IMG/VR virus record: IMGVR_UViG_3300037089_000424
Length of the DNA: 64,000 bases
Reading direction: 5' to 3' (one strand)
Source: a virus
Position numbers and translations under genes: made by a program
The notes under the pieces: model-generated
The model's database searches: none
Seen by the model: the letters and a program-made list of their open reading frames with translations, nothing else
Told to the model about the DNA's origin: nothing
In this document: in pieces, positions 17,113 through 25,150 of the stretch
How the letters are laid out: every line of letters starts with the position of its first letter
Numbering within the stretch: position 1 is the first letter of the stretch

Positions 17113-17142
17113 AAAAGGTTGGGGAGCGAGGAGCGCTCCCCA
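17113..17142 (-). terminator. rho-independent terminator candidate
   Basis: TGGGGAGCG/CGCTCCCCA stem followed by ACCTTTT on the minus strand. Confidence 0.6.
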
Positions 17143-17173
17143 CAATCTTCACACGCTGAAACTTGCCGGCCGA

Positions 17174-17509
17174 CTACTCCTCATCGGTCTTCTTGGTCTT
17201 CTTGGACTTCTTCGGCTTGGCAACCTTCATCTTCTTGGCGTCTTTCAGAAGTTCCTGGATACCCTTCGAAAGAGCATCGAAATTGCCGGCGAGTTTGGCA
17301 AAGCCTTCCACCTTGAACACGTGCTTGGCCAAACGAGATTCCAGAGTGCTGACCTTCTTCAGAGACCGGAGGACCAGGCGACGCTCTTTCTTGAACGCTT
17401 TCCGTGTCTTCTTGAGCTGACGCTTGGCCAGACGTGCTGCCTTCTTCGCCTGGACAGCAGCCTTCTTTGAGCTGGTAGCTTTCTTGGACTTCTTGATTTT
17501 GGTTTTCAT
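17174..17509 (-). CDS. Lys/Ala-rich histone-H1-like basic protein
   Basis: KKSKKATSSKKAAVQAKKAARLAKRQLKK...; AAGGAG RBS. Confidence 0.7.
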   Translation of the reverse strand: MKTKIKKSKKATSSKKAAVQAKKAARLAKRQLKKTRKAFKKERRLVLRSLKKVSTLESRLAKHVFKVEGFAKLAGNFDALSKGIQELLKDAKKMKVAKPKKSKKTKKTDEE

Positions 17510-17530
17510 GGTAGTAATACTCCTTCTCCC

Positions 17531-17569
17531 CAGTTAGCGTGATAGGGGCACGATATGTGACTTCCGATT
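17531..17569 (-). promoter_or_regulatory. copy A of a 39-bp upstream element (3 mismatches to copy B)
   Basis: matches 17851-17889; both copies precede genes that begin MKTK. Confidence 0.65.
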
Positions 17570-17577
17570 TCGGAAGA

Positions 17578-17660
17578 TCTAGATTTCTTGCAACTCTTTC
17601 ATGACCTTGCTGAAAGGAAGGTCTAGATTTTTTGCAACTCTTTCACGACCTTGCTGAAAG
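17578..17660. repeat. 39-bp direct repeat duplicating the 3' end of ORF 17623..17826
   Basis: 17578-17616 vs 17622-17660, 2 mismatches. Confidence 0.85.
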
Positions 17661-17826
17661 CAGCCTGGCACTTCTTAGAGCCAACATACCCAGGATACTT
17701 GCGCTGGGCTTTCTTCCATGCTTCTGAAAGTACCTCAGTGCTGCAGTCAAATAAGTAGAAAACCAATCCGCTTACCTCTGACTCACTGAAATATGTCCTC
17801 TTCACTTTTTCAGTTTTGGTTTTCAT
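17623..17826 (-). CDS. hypothetical protein
   Basis: ATG with GGAG RBS, directly after the repeated element. Confidence 0.65.
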   Translation of the reverse strand: MKTKTEKVKRTYFSESEVSGLVFYLFDCSTEVLSEAWKKAQRKYPGYVGSKKCQAAFSKVVKELQKI

Positions 17827-17850
17827 GGTAAAGGATACTCCAATTCTCTC

Positions 17851-17889
17851 CAGTTAGCGTGGTGGGGACACGATATGTGACTTCCGATT
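17851..17889 (-). promoter_or_regulatory. copy B of the 39-bp upstream element
   Basis: AATCGGAAGTCACATATCGTG-N7-CACGCTAACTG. Confidence 0.65.
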
Positions 17890-17901
17890 ACTGGCTAAGC
17901 T

Positions 17902-18123
17902 CTACGAGACACTCCAATTCTTCCTCCAATCTCGGCCCATGGATTGGATTGCTATCTGCAATTTCAACTCCGACTTCTTGATAGAGATTGATGGATAGTA
18001 GTCATCTTTCCGCACCAACTTCTTGGCATCTTTTACAGCTTGCTCTCCATTTTTTGCAAGAACCACTTTCTTGCAAAAAGAGCCATACCAAGTGTCACGA
18101 AACTTCACCCGATAGACTTTCAC
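17902..18123 (-). CDS. hypothetical protein
   Basis: GTG behind AAAGGAGG. Confidence 0.65.
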   Translation of the reverse strand: MKVYRVKFRDTWYGSFCKKVVLAKNGEQAVKDAKKLVRKDDYYPSISIKKSELKLQIAIQSMGRDWRKNWSVS

Positions 18124-18134
18124 AACAACCTCCT

Positions 18135-19562
18135 TTACTGAACAACAGTGGCATTCACATTCTTAATCGGAATCGCTGCAACGAGAGCAGCGTCCGACAC
18201 CGGACCATCAGCCGGAACAGCAGAGGTATTCTCCCCAAGAGCGATGCTTTCCGCAATCATCCGAGCGATATCTGTCTCTTGGCAGAAAGGCGAATGCAAA
18301 CGCTGCATGCCAGCTTGTGACGGAGAGATGTAGAACATGTCCCCCCGATCTATCAATTGCTCCGCGCCCTTCCGGCCAAGTATCGTACGAGAGTCCCCAT
18401 CGCCAGGAACACGGAACGACAGGCGAGCAGGGAAATTGACCTTGACCTTTCCGGGCAAAACATCGACGCTGGGCCTCTGGGTAGCAGCAATGACGTGGAT
18501 CCCAGCAGCGCGGGCCATCGAACTTATCTCGGCCATCGACCTGATGAAGAGCTTCTTTTCCTGGAGGATCAGGTCAGCCATTTCGTCAATGACCAAGACC
18601 CAATAAGGCAGCCGATCCTTGGGGTCCAACTGTGAATTGAGTTCTTTCAGATTCTTGACCTTGCGGATCTGCAGATAAGACATCCGCCGACGCATTTCCA
18701 GAACGATCTTCTCCATCAAAGCCAAAGCTTCGTACACTCCTGCAACTGGCTCCGAAGCCACATGAGGCAAATCTTTGTATGGCAGGAGCTCCACTGACTT
18801 CGGATCAATCATATACAACTGGAGCTCTTTGGGTGACCGAATATGGGTCAATGAGTTGATGATCCCATTGAGCAACACAGACTTGCCCGAATTTGTAGAC
18901 CCTGCGATGAGCAGATGAGGCAGCAGAGTCAGGTCTTCCAAGAACGGGTCACCATTGGCACGGATGCCAAGATTGAGAGGCAACGCCATGTCATAACGAT
19001 GGGCCAGAACATTTTTCAAGGTCGCTTTGAAATCCACAACTTTGTGCTCCTTGTTCGGAACCGTGATTCCGACACAACCTTTGCCAGGGATCCTCTGGAC
19101 GGTGACCGCATCGGCTGGGATAGCAACAGCCAAGTCTTCGTGAACGGATTTCAGCCGCCTGACACGAGTGAAACGTTCTGGTACAAATTCGTATTCAGTA
19201 ACGATTGGGCCGGAGTTGATGGCGACAACCTTGCCGGTGACTTCCATGTCAGCACATTTCTCTTCGATCAACTTGACGACCCTTTTCTGCTCGGGATCCC
19301 ACTGAGGAATCAGACGAGGGAACCGCTGGGTTTTGCCGGTTGGGGGAACCACGAAAGGCTTCTGGGAGAAAGTTGTGACAGTGGTAAACCAACCGATGGA
19401 TTCGACACGCGAGTATTCCTTTGCCAAGGCTGTCAGAATACGCTTGGATTCCTTCACCTTTTCCTTCTGACTAGGAACATCTCGCTCGAAGACCAATAGC
19501 TCAAGCTGCTTGGCCTTCTTGTTGAAGACGGTGGCAACGAAATTCTGGAAATGATTTTCCAT
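18135..19562 (-). CDS. ftsK: FtsK/SpoIIIE-family DNA translocase (motor domain only)
   Basis: PHLLIAGSTNSGKS, IDPKSVEL, VIDEMADL, ARAAGIHVIAATQRPSVDV, DSRTILG..GAEQL...GDM; ATG 19562 behind AAAGGAG; no TM or gamma domain. Confidence 0.95.
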   Translation of the reverse strand: MENHFQNFVATVFNKKAKQLELLVFERDVPSQKEKVKESKRILTALAKEYSRVESIGWFTTVTTFSQKPFVVPPTGKTQRFPRLIPQWDPEQKRVVKLIEEKCADMEVTGKVVAINSGPIVTEYEFVPERFTRVRRLKSVHEDLAVAIPADAVTVQRIPGKGCVGITVPNKEHKVVDFKATLKNVLAHRYDMALPLNLGIRANGDPFLEDLTLLPHLLIAGSTNSGKSVLLNGIINSLTHIRSPKELQLYMIDPKSVELLPYKDLPHVASEPVAGVYEALALMEKIVLEMRRRMSYLQIRKVKNLKELNSQLDPKDRLPYWVLVIDEMADLILQEKKLFIRSMAEISSMARAAGIHVIAATQRPSVDVLPGKVKVNFPARLSFRVPGDGDSRTILGRKGAEQLIDRGDMFYISPSQAGMQRLHSPFCQETDIARMIAESIALGENTSAVPADGPVSDAALVAAIPIKNVNATVVQ

Positions 19563-19622
19563 GGTAGATAATCTCCTTTGATTTCTAGGATGGATGACCA
19601 TCCTGGTTGTCACAGCACTGAG

Positions 19623-19805
19623 TTAGTTGGCCTTCGAATTGAGAAGCTGTTGCCCTTCTTTTTCGAGGATCTCGTCAACGAAGTCGTAGCCTTCACGAAG
19701 AGAGTCGAACGGAAAGAAATAGAAATCCCCTTCCTTGCCAACTGCTAGACGTGTCTCTCCGCATTGGGAGATTTGTGCTTCAATAATCAAATTTGGTTTG
19801 GCCAT
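19623..19805 (-). CDS. hypothetical protein
   Basis: ATG 19805 behind AGGAGG. Confidence 0.6.
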   Translation of the reverse strand: MAKPNLIIEAQISQCGETRLAVGKEGDFYFFPFDSLREGYDFVDEILEKEGQQLLNSKAN

Positions 19806-19825
19806 TTTTGCCTCCTGGAAGTTTG

Positions 19826-20227
19826 TCATGCTTTTGAAATTCGCCTACTCACCCTCTTGATCTTGGCCTTTGTCCAGGTCCGTGCCGCTGGGTGAAGTAT
19901 CTTCAGGACTCTGGCATTCTTCGGACGATAGCCGCAGTCGCGATATGTCCTCTGAGCAATCTTGCCACATACGAGGAGCACATCGATTCCAATCCTTTCT
20001 TCAAGCCTACGAAGATTCTCGGCAAGCCAGTCAGGATCAGGATTGCCATGTTTCCTTGCGTTGTTGACATACTCACAGCAGGCGTTTGTGACAAAGAGTT
20101 TCGCGTCGCCGCCTATGAGCCGATACAGACGCCGTCCGCTGTGATTGTAGGGATTAATGCAGAAGAAGCGCGGTGCATGACCTTCTCCTCCCCACATAGT
20201 ATCCAGAACCGCAACTATTTTCTTCAT
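19826..20227 (-). CDS. stand-alone uracil-DNA-glycosylase-superfamily-like protein
   Basis: NHSGRRL, FVTNAC, VLLVCGKIAQ, LHPAAR parallel UDG-fold motifs. Confidence 0.6.
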   Translation of the reverse strand: MKKIVAVLDTMWGGEGHAPRFFCINPYNHSGRRLYRLIGGDAKLFVTNACCEYVNNARKHGNPDPDWLAENLRRLEERIGIDVLLVCGKIAQRTYRDCGYRPKNARVLKILHPAARTWTKAKIKRVSRRISKA

Positions 20228-20249
20228 GTCTCACACCCTTGCCATTCTG

Positions 20250-20369
20250 TCATATCCCTCGTCGGTCATTCGCTTTTCTCTGATGGTAGCTGAGAGGCGA
20301 CACCCAGGCTGTTGGTGTACTCGGAGTGTGTGGCGCATTCGTAGGATTGACTACGTTGGTAGTTGCCAT
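20250..20369 (-). CDS. possible 39-aa peptide (MATTNVVNPTNAPHTPSTPTAWVSPLSYHQRKANDRRGI)
   Basis: GGAG RBS then ATG 20369; fills the gap between two genes. Confidence 0.35.
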   Translation of the reverse strand: MATTNVVNPTNAPHTPSTPTAWVSPLSYHQRKANDRRGI

Positions 20370-20381
20370 AGACTAAACTCC

Positions 20382-20894
20382 TTATTGTTCTGTCGCGTTC
20401 GTCTCCAAGTCATCGAGCTCCCCATCTGCGTCATAGATGCGAACTTCCGCAAGATCGTGGTGCTTGGCAGCCATCTTAAAATTTCCCTTCTTGGCAAATG
20501 CAGTTGCTTTAGCCATATGCGTATCCGCCATGCCAAGAAGATTGTCAGCTTGGCCGGTATCACCAAGCTCAGATGCCCCATTAGATCTATCATAGACAGC
20601 AGCAAGTTGCCCTTTGAGATCTTTGTGCCGATCATTATGCTCTTTCTTACTTCCATAGAGGTCATGAAAGCTCTTTGCCGACATCTTCTTTTCGTCGTAA
20701 TTTGCCGTCACTGGACGAACTTGCTGGGCCTGAGCTTTCTCCAGAGCCTTGTTGAGACGAGCGACTTCACACTTCAGAACGTCGATGCACATGTCCAACT
20801 TGTAGTGGCCAGCCTTTCGCAGCAACGTATTAGCCTGCGTGTTAGACATGCCACATCTCGAGCACCTGAATCTATCAATTGATTTCTTGGCCAT
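20382..20894 (-). CDS. hypothetical helical protein with N-terminal CxxC
   Basis: ATG 20894 behind GGAGGTGA; CSRCG; His-rich helices. Confidence 0.7.
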   Translation of the reverse strand: MAKKSIDRFRCSRCGMSNTQANTLLRKAGHYKLDMCIDVLKCEVARLNKALEKAQAQQVRPVTANYDEKKMSAKSFHDLYGSKKEHNDRHKDLKGQLAAVYDRSNGASELGDTGQADNLLGMADTHMAKATAFAKKGNFKMAAKHHDLAEVRIYDADGELDDLETNATEQ

Positions 20895-20990
20895 GATACT
20901 CACCTCCAAATATCGACGTAGGACGTCACCCGATTTGTTTCAGCGAGTAGAGCCGTCCATCTCTGAACGGTTCTAGTCGCTGGAAGGTTC

Positions 20991-21206
20991 TCAGTGAAGG
21001 AACCTTCCCAACGACTGTAATCTTTTTGGTTTTGGGCATAGCAGATAAGCGCTCACCTTCGCTCGGACTCTATCAAAGTCCTGGAAGTATTTCGGAGAAC
21101 CTACAGGTTTGCCACGCCATATTTGGCATTGTGGCTTTGGTTTGTCCTTGGTCTCCTCACGTGGTTTCATCTGATAGTGGATCAGGTGGGTGGCTTTAGT
21201 ACCCAT
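20991..21206 (-). CDS. hypothetical basic protein
   Basis: ORF track only; weak RBS. Confidence 0.4.
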   Translation of the reverse strand: MGTKATHLIHYQMKPREETKDKPKPQCQIWRGKPVGSPKYFQDFDRVRAKVSAYLLCPKPKRLQSLGRFLH

Positions 21207-21209
21207 CTA

Positions 21210-21772
21210 CTACTTATCAGAATCGGACTCGGATTGTCCTTACCACGGTTCTCGTGTCTGGCCAAGCGGACCAGCCTACTGAAAGGCCACCAGCTACGAA
21301 GGTCTTGGCCACCATCACCAACATGCCTTCTGGGCGTCGTCCGTTTCATCAGACACTAGCCTGTTCCACTATGGCAGACAGAAAACCTTGCGGCTCCTGC
21401 GGCCAACCGAGTCCTCTGTGGGGAAAACTTTTCCCTCATAGGAGGTTCGCTTGGTCTAGTGGAACTTTGTATGTTACCTTTCGCCGGCTGCCTACCGTCT
21501 CAGCCTAAGTCTCCTGTTGGACTTTACGTCTAGGGATCCTTGCGTAAGACTGAGCATCTTGGCTTTGAATCAGACGTCCCTTTATTTCCAGCCGTACCCT
21601 GCGGTGCTCTCCCTAAATGAAGCCGAAGCAACGGGAACCGTGGCCCTAACTGGTTTACACGTGGCGCCTGACCACTGCCTGAAAGGTTTGATTTGTCAAA
21701 GGACGTTTAAGGGTCAGCTACTTTTGGACTCGCCGTCCGGGTATCCGTTGCCCCCTATTCACTTCTTACTTA
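21210..21772 (-). ncRNA. candidate ~560-nt structured non-coding RNA
   Basis: no credible minus-strand ORF; several long-range complementary pairs; sigma70-like promoter directly upstream. Confidence 0.55.
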
Positions 21773-21779
21773 GGGTATT

Positions 21780-21808
21780 ATGTTACTATTTCTAGGTTCC
21801 AATGTAAA
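21780..21808 (-). promoter_or_regulatory. sigma70-like promoter TTTACA-17bp-TAACAT
   Basis: -35 at 21808-21803, -10 at 21785-21780, exact 17-bp spacer. Confidence 0.6.
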
Positions 21809-21822
21809 GAAAAATCTTGGTA

Positions 21823-21845
21823 TAAAATCCCGAGTAATCCTCGGG
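21823..21845 (-). terminator. terminator candidate ending the primase/methyltransferase transcript
   Basis: CCCGAG/CTCGGG stem followed by ATTTTAT. Confidence 0.5.
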
Positions 21846-21862
21846 TCTCGTCGCGATGAGCC

Positions 21863-22168
21863 TCACAGAACACTCAGCCTTCTCGGGGTTTCTCCGACTG
21901 CGAGGTCTCCAAAATCATCAGACAAAATCCTTACATACTTGCGAAGGCGCTTTGCTAATTTCGCAGTGTGAGAACCGTACCACCGCACCCAGCCGCCACC
22001 ATCGAACTCATGGAAAGACCCTCCGAACAGAACGAAGATCCGCCTCGGAAGACTACCGCGCATCCAGAGTGAGACATACGGTACACCCTGATGGATGTGG
22101 ATCTTAGCCTTCGCATCGAACACACCAGCATAGTATGACAAGCTTCTGTGTGTCAACTTCTCACTCAT
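21863..22168 (-). CDS. single-motif LAGLIDADG-like protein, catalytic acid replaced
   Basis: LSYYAGVFDAKAKIHI resembles YLAGFFDGEGSI; ATG 22168. Confidence 0.6.
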   Translation of the reverse strand: MSEKLTHRSLSYYAGVFDAKAKIHIHQGVPYVSLWMRGSLPRRIFVLFGGSFHEFDGGGWVRWYGSHTAKLAKRLRKYVRILSDDFGDLAVGETPRRLSVL

Positions 22169-22871
22169 AGATTTTCCTTTTATAGACAGCCAACGTATGC
22201 CTCCCAACAGGGACAATTCCCACACCCTTTCTGTGGTAGAGACCGAACCTTGGCTCTCTAACAGCCACAAATCCCTGGGAAAGAATTCGCTTGTGTAATT
22301 TGACAGCCAGAGGCCCAACGACAGCTTTGGGTTGGAAGTGAATCTCAATCGCCAACCTCTTAACGAATTTTGGCAAGATGGTATTGAACAGTAGGTCGTA
22401 CTCGCCACCCTCGCAATCGCATTTGACTTTGTCTGGCCGATATTTCCGTAGCAACTTGAGAAATTGGATCGCTCGCACGATGACCGGCTTGCGACCTCTC
22501 ATCGGAAGCAAAGTGTGCAACCCCCTGGACTTGTGAGTGTTTCTATACAGAGTCACCTTCCAACTCGTCACCTTGCTAGAAACTACCGCTCTGTTGATCC
22601 GTGTGATCTTGCCGAACCCTATAGTGTTCTTCCTGAGTAGCCCGAAGTTGTCTGAATCCGGCTCCACAGAAATGACTCTTGCCACACCCAGAGCCTCGGC
22701 ATGGCGAGCGAACCCTCCAACGTGGCCACCGATGTCCAGCACCACATCTCCAGAAGTCAAGTTCAATAATCGATATTCGGTTCTGGCTCCAGACACAAGC
22801 TGATTGTCGGTGGTTCCTCTCCTACAAAAGAGACCGTGGTGCTTGAACAATTTAGTAAACAGTCGGCTCAT
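22161..22871 (-). CDS. FkbM-like SAM-dependent methyltransferase
   Basis: VVLDIGGHVGGF, ISVEPDSDNFGLLRKN, KVKCDCEGGEYDLL; ATG 22871 behind GGGAGAGG. Confidence 0.85.
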   Translation of the reverse strand: MSRLFTKLFKHHGLFCRRGTTDNQLVSGARTEYRLLNLTSGDVVLDIGGHVGGFARHAEALGVARVISVEPDSDNFGLLRKNTIGFGKITRINRAVVSSKVTSWKVTLYRNTHKSRGLHTLLPMRGRKPVIVRAIQFLKLLRKYRPDKVKCDCEGGEYDLLFNTILPKFVKRLAIEIHFQPKAVVGPLAVKLHKRILSQGFVAVREPRFGLYHRKGVGIVPVGRHTLAVYKRKIYE

Positions 22872-23817
22872 AAGTCTTCCTCTCCCAAGGGTGCGGATCC
22901 TGAAGTAGGATCTGCATTCGACTGTCTTTGAAATATGGCTGAGCCTGCTCGATGATGTCCCAAGCTGCTTGGCGGCCGACATCGTTGATGTCAACATCAG
23001 GTGGGAACTTGGCTATCTTGACAATAGGCAAAATGCCAGCCAGTCGGTCAGCAATCTTGACTGACTCAGGCCAAGCGTCACGATCCAAAGCAACCACAAC
23101 ACCCTCCAAACATTTTTCATACACTAGGATACGATGCAACTGCGCATCGGACAGAGACTTCCCAAATATAGCGAAGACAAGCCGTTTGGAATGCTCGAAT
23201 GATCCGATGGTCAAAGCATTGATGATGGACTCAACCAAAATGATCTTCTTTGGCCGCCGGGCCACCCCAACACAATAGACAAGCTCGCTCTTGTAGCTTG
23301 CCTTTGGATTATAGAACTTTGGTTCACGCTTCTTGTATCGCCTACCCTGCCACCAGACGACTTCTCCTTCTGCATTGAAGACTGGGAATATGATGTATCC
23401 CCAACTCCTGCCACTTCGACAGTATCCGACTTGCATCATGTCAAGGAGTTTCTTATTAAGGCCACGAGACGCGAGATATGAATAGACACTCTCCCGAATG
23501 GGATTCTCCAAATCCTTCAGGAGTTCAAATTCCTCCGGAAGCTTGACTTCTGTTTCTTCACTCTCAATAACAGTTGTAACATAGCTGGTTGGGAGTTTAC
23601 CACCGACGAATGTGGACAAGCGTGCTGCGTTCACACCGTGTTTGCTGACATGCCATTTACAATCCTGATGGAAGCAACAGCCCAAACCGTTCGATGTATT
23701 GATGTACAGTTTGAACTCGGTGTCTTCACAACGAGGGCAACACGCACGGAAGCCTTCGTTCGTCTCTTTGACAACAGCAAACAGATTCTGCAGATATGAG
23801 AAGTCACCTTGAATCAT
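22852..23817 (-). CDS. dnaG: DNA primase (Zn finger + Toprim)
   Basis: CCPRC...LYIN...CCFHQDC; YLASRGL; IIFPVFN..GEVVWWQGR; ILVESIINAL; VALDRDA. Confidence 0.9.
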   Translation of the reverse strand: MIQGDFSYLQNLFAVVKETNEGFRACCPRCEDTEFKLYINTSNGLGCCFHQDCKWHVSKHGVNAARLSTFVGGKLPTSYVTTVIESEETEVKLPEEFELLKDLENPIRESVYSYLASRGLNKKLLDMMQVGYCRSGRSWGYIIFPVFNAEGEVVWWQGRRYKKREPKFYNPKASYKSELVYCVGVARRPKKIILVESIINALTIGSFEHSKRLVFAIFGKSLSDAQLHRILVYEKCLEGVVVALDRDAWPESVKIADRLAGILPIVKIAKFPPDVDINDVGRQAAWDIIEQAQPYFKDSRMQILLQDPHPWERKTYEPTVY

Positions 23818-25106
23818 TCGCTTTTCCTCAATTCAGACATGGCATAGATTGACCGATCCATCTTTATTGGGATGACTCCTCCCCGGCCAACATCCCGAGC
23901 GTACGACAAGATAAGTCTCGCTCGTTCAGGCTTCACTTGCGCTTCCGCATTACTTTGACAAAGAGCAATGAGAAAGTCTAGCACCCAAAACTGTGATATG
24001 TCCTCTGCAAAATCTTTGGGCCCAAGAATCTCCTTTTCCAGTGCAGCCCTGTTACCTTTTGAGGCTGTCCAAATCGGGATACTCTTGGTGCATGCTAATC
24101 CTCTCAGATCAATAGCAGCTTGACCGATATTCATGCGTCGTTCCTCGAATTTCTCATTTGGCTGGAACAGATACAAGTAATCCACAACTAACAGATCAAC
24201 CTTGTGACCCTGTTCCTCAAGCTCGTCCAGCCATGCTTCGATATCACGGATTCTCGCCCTCCCAGTTGGGAACTGCTTGATGAAAAGTTTCCCTTTCACC
24301 TGATGAAGAGAGATCCTAAGCCTCTTCCGTGCCTTAACTCTAGCTCTCTTGGACCTTGTCAACTCATTAGCTGGAACACCAGACATAAGAGCATCAATTC
24401 TACGACGATATTTCTTGGCAGAAATCTCTCCTGTTGCAATAGCCACTGTCTTCTTCTGCCACATGGCCCCAGCAGCAATGTCCCCAAGGATAGTAGATTG
24501 TCCTGCCTTTGGGGATGCAAGAATAATGGCTAGTTCGCCACCGCCAAGACCTCCAGCCATGTACTTGTCAAGAGTCGGGAAATAGAATGTCCTGATAACA
24601 TTCACTCGATCTTCCCGCCATCGGTCTCTAGCTGTAATATCTTTCCAATATTCTACACCGAGATCAGATTCCTGACCGAATGCTGCTAGATCATGAAACC
24701 GTTTGATTGCATTATCATAATGCCTAGCATTGACATCCTTCTCTGCTTCCGCCAAGGCGTCTCGGAACTTCATATCCTTGGCAAACTCGATGGCTTGGTT
24801 CAAGATGACAATCTTGTCCCGAAGCTTATCCCCATAGACCAGACGGATCTCGTGACGATATGCTCGCCAGAGCTCTCGTCTCTTCCTACCAAGCCAAGCC
24901 TTGACAATTTCAGACAACGTGCTTCGCGAGAGGGTTATTGGTTCCTTGTGATGAGCGTAGATTTCCTTGACGAGTCTGGCGATATCTGTCAAGATTGGCG
25001 ATGCAAAGAACTTAGGCTCTACCAGACTCATCATCTTCGCAGGTTCTCTGATCAGCAAAGCCACAATCTTTCTCTGGAAGACATCACTCCACCCGTATTC
25101 AGCCAC
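23814..25106 (-). CDS. dnaB: DnaB/T4-gp41-like replicative helicase (Walker A reads GQS)
   Basis: TLDKYMAGGLGGGELAIILASPKAGQST, FIKQFPTG, LLVVDYL, LRGLA...PIWTAS. Confidence 0.88.
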   Translation of the reverse strand: MAEYGWSDVFQRKIVALLIREPAKMMSLVEPKFFASPILTDIARLVKEIYAHHKEPITLSRSTLSEIVKAWLGRKRRELWRAYRHEIRLVYGDKLRDKIVILNQAIEFAKDMKFRDALAEAEKDVNARHYDNAIKRFHDLAAFGQESDLGVEYWKDITARDRWREDRVNVIRTFYFPTLDKYMAGGLGGGELAIILASPKAGQSTILGDIAAGAMWQKKTVAIATGEISAKKYRRRIDALMSGVPANELTRSKRARVKARKRLRISLHQVKGKLFIKQFPTGRARIRDIEAWLDELEEQGHKVDLLVVDYLYLFQPNEKFEERRMNIGQAAIDLRGLACTKSIPIWTASKGNRAALEKEILGPKDFAEDISQFWVLDFLIALCQSNAEAQVKPERARLILSYARDVGRGGVIPIKMDRSIYAMSELRKSE

Positions 25107-25126
25107 TACTGAATCCTCCTAACTAC

Positions 25127-25150
25127 AATGAAACCCTCTATCTAGAGGTT
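25127..25150 (-). promoter_or_regulatory. copy 3 of AAC-N14-TTTCATT motif
   Basis: AAC CTCTAGATAGAGGG TTTCATT followed by GTAGTTAGGAGG and the helicase start. Confidence 0.55.

Noticed and set aside
21700-21750. GGGGC start resembling tmRNA, and AAAGTCC resembling RNase P
   Set aside because: No tmRNA GAxxCGAC 5' context, T-arm or CCA end, and no complete RNase P P4 motif; kept only as an unassigned RNA
121-25106. Inteins or introns in PolA, the TS homolog, primase or DnaB
   Set aside because: Protein lengths and motif spacing are continuous, with no C/S...HN intein ends
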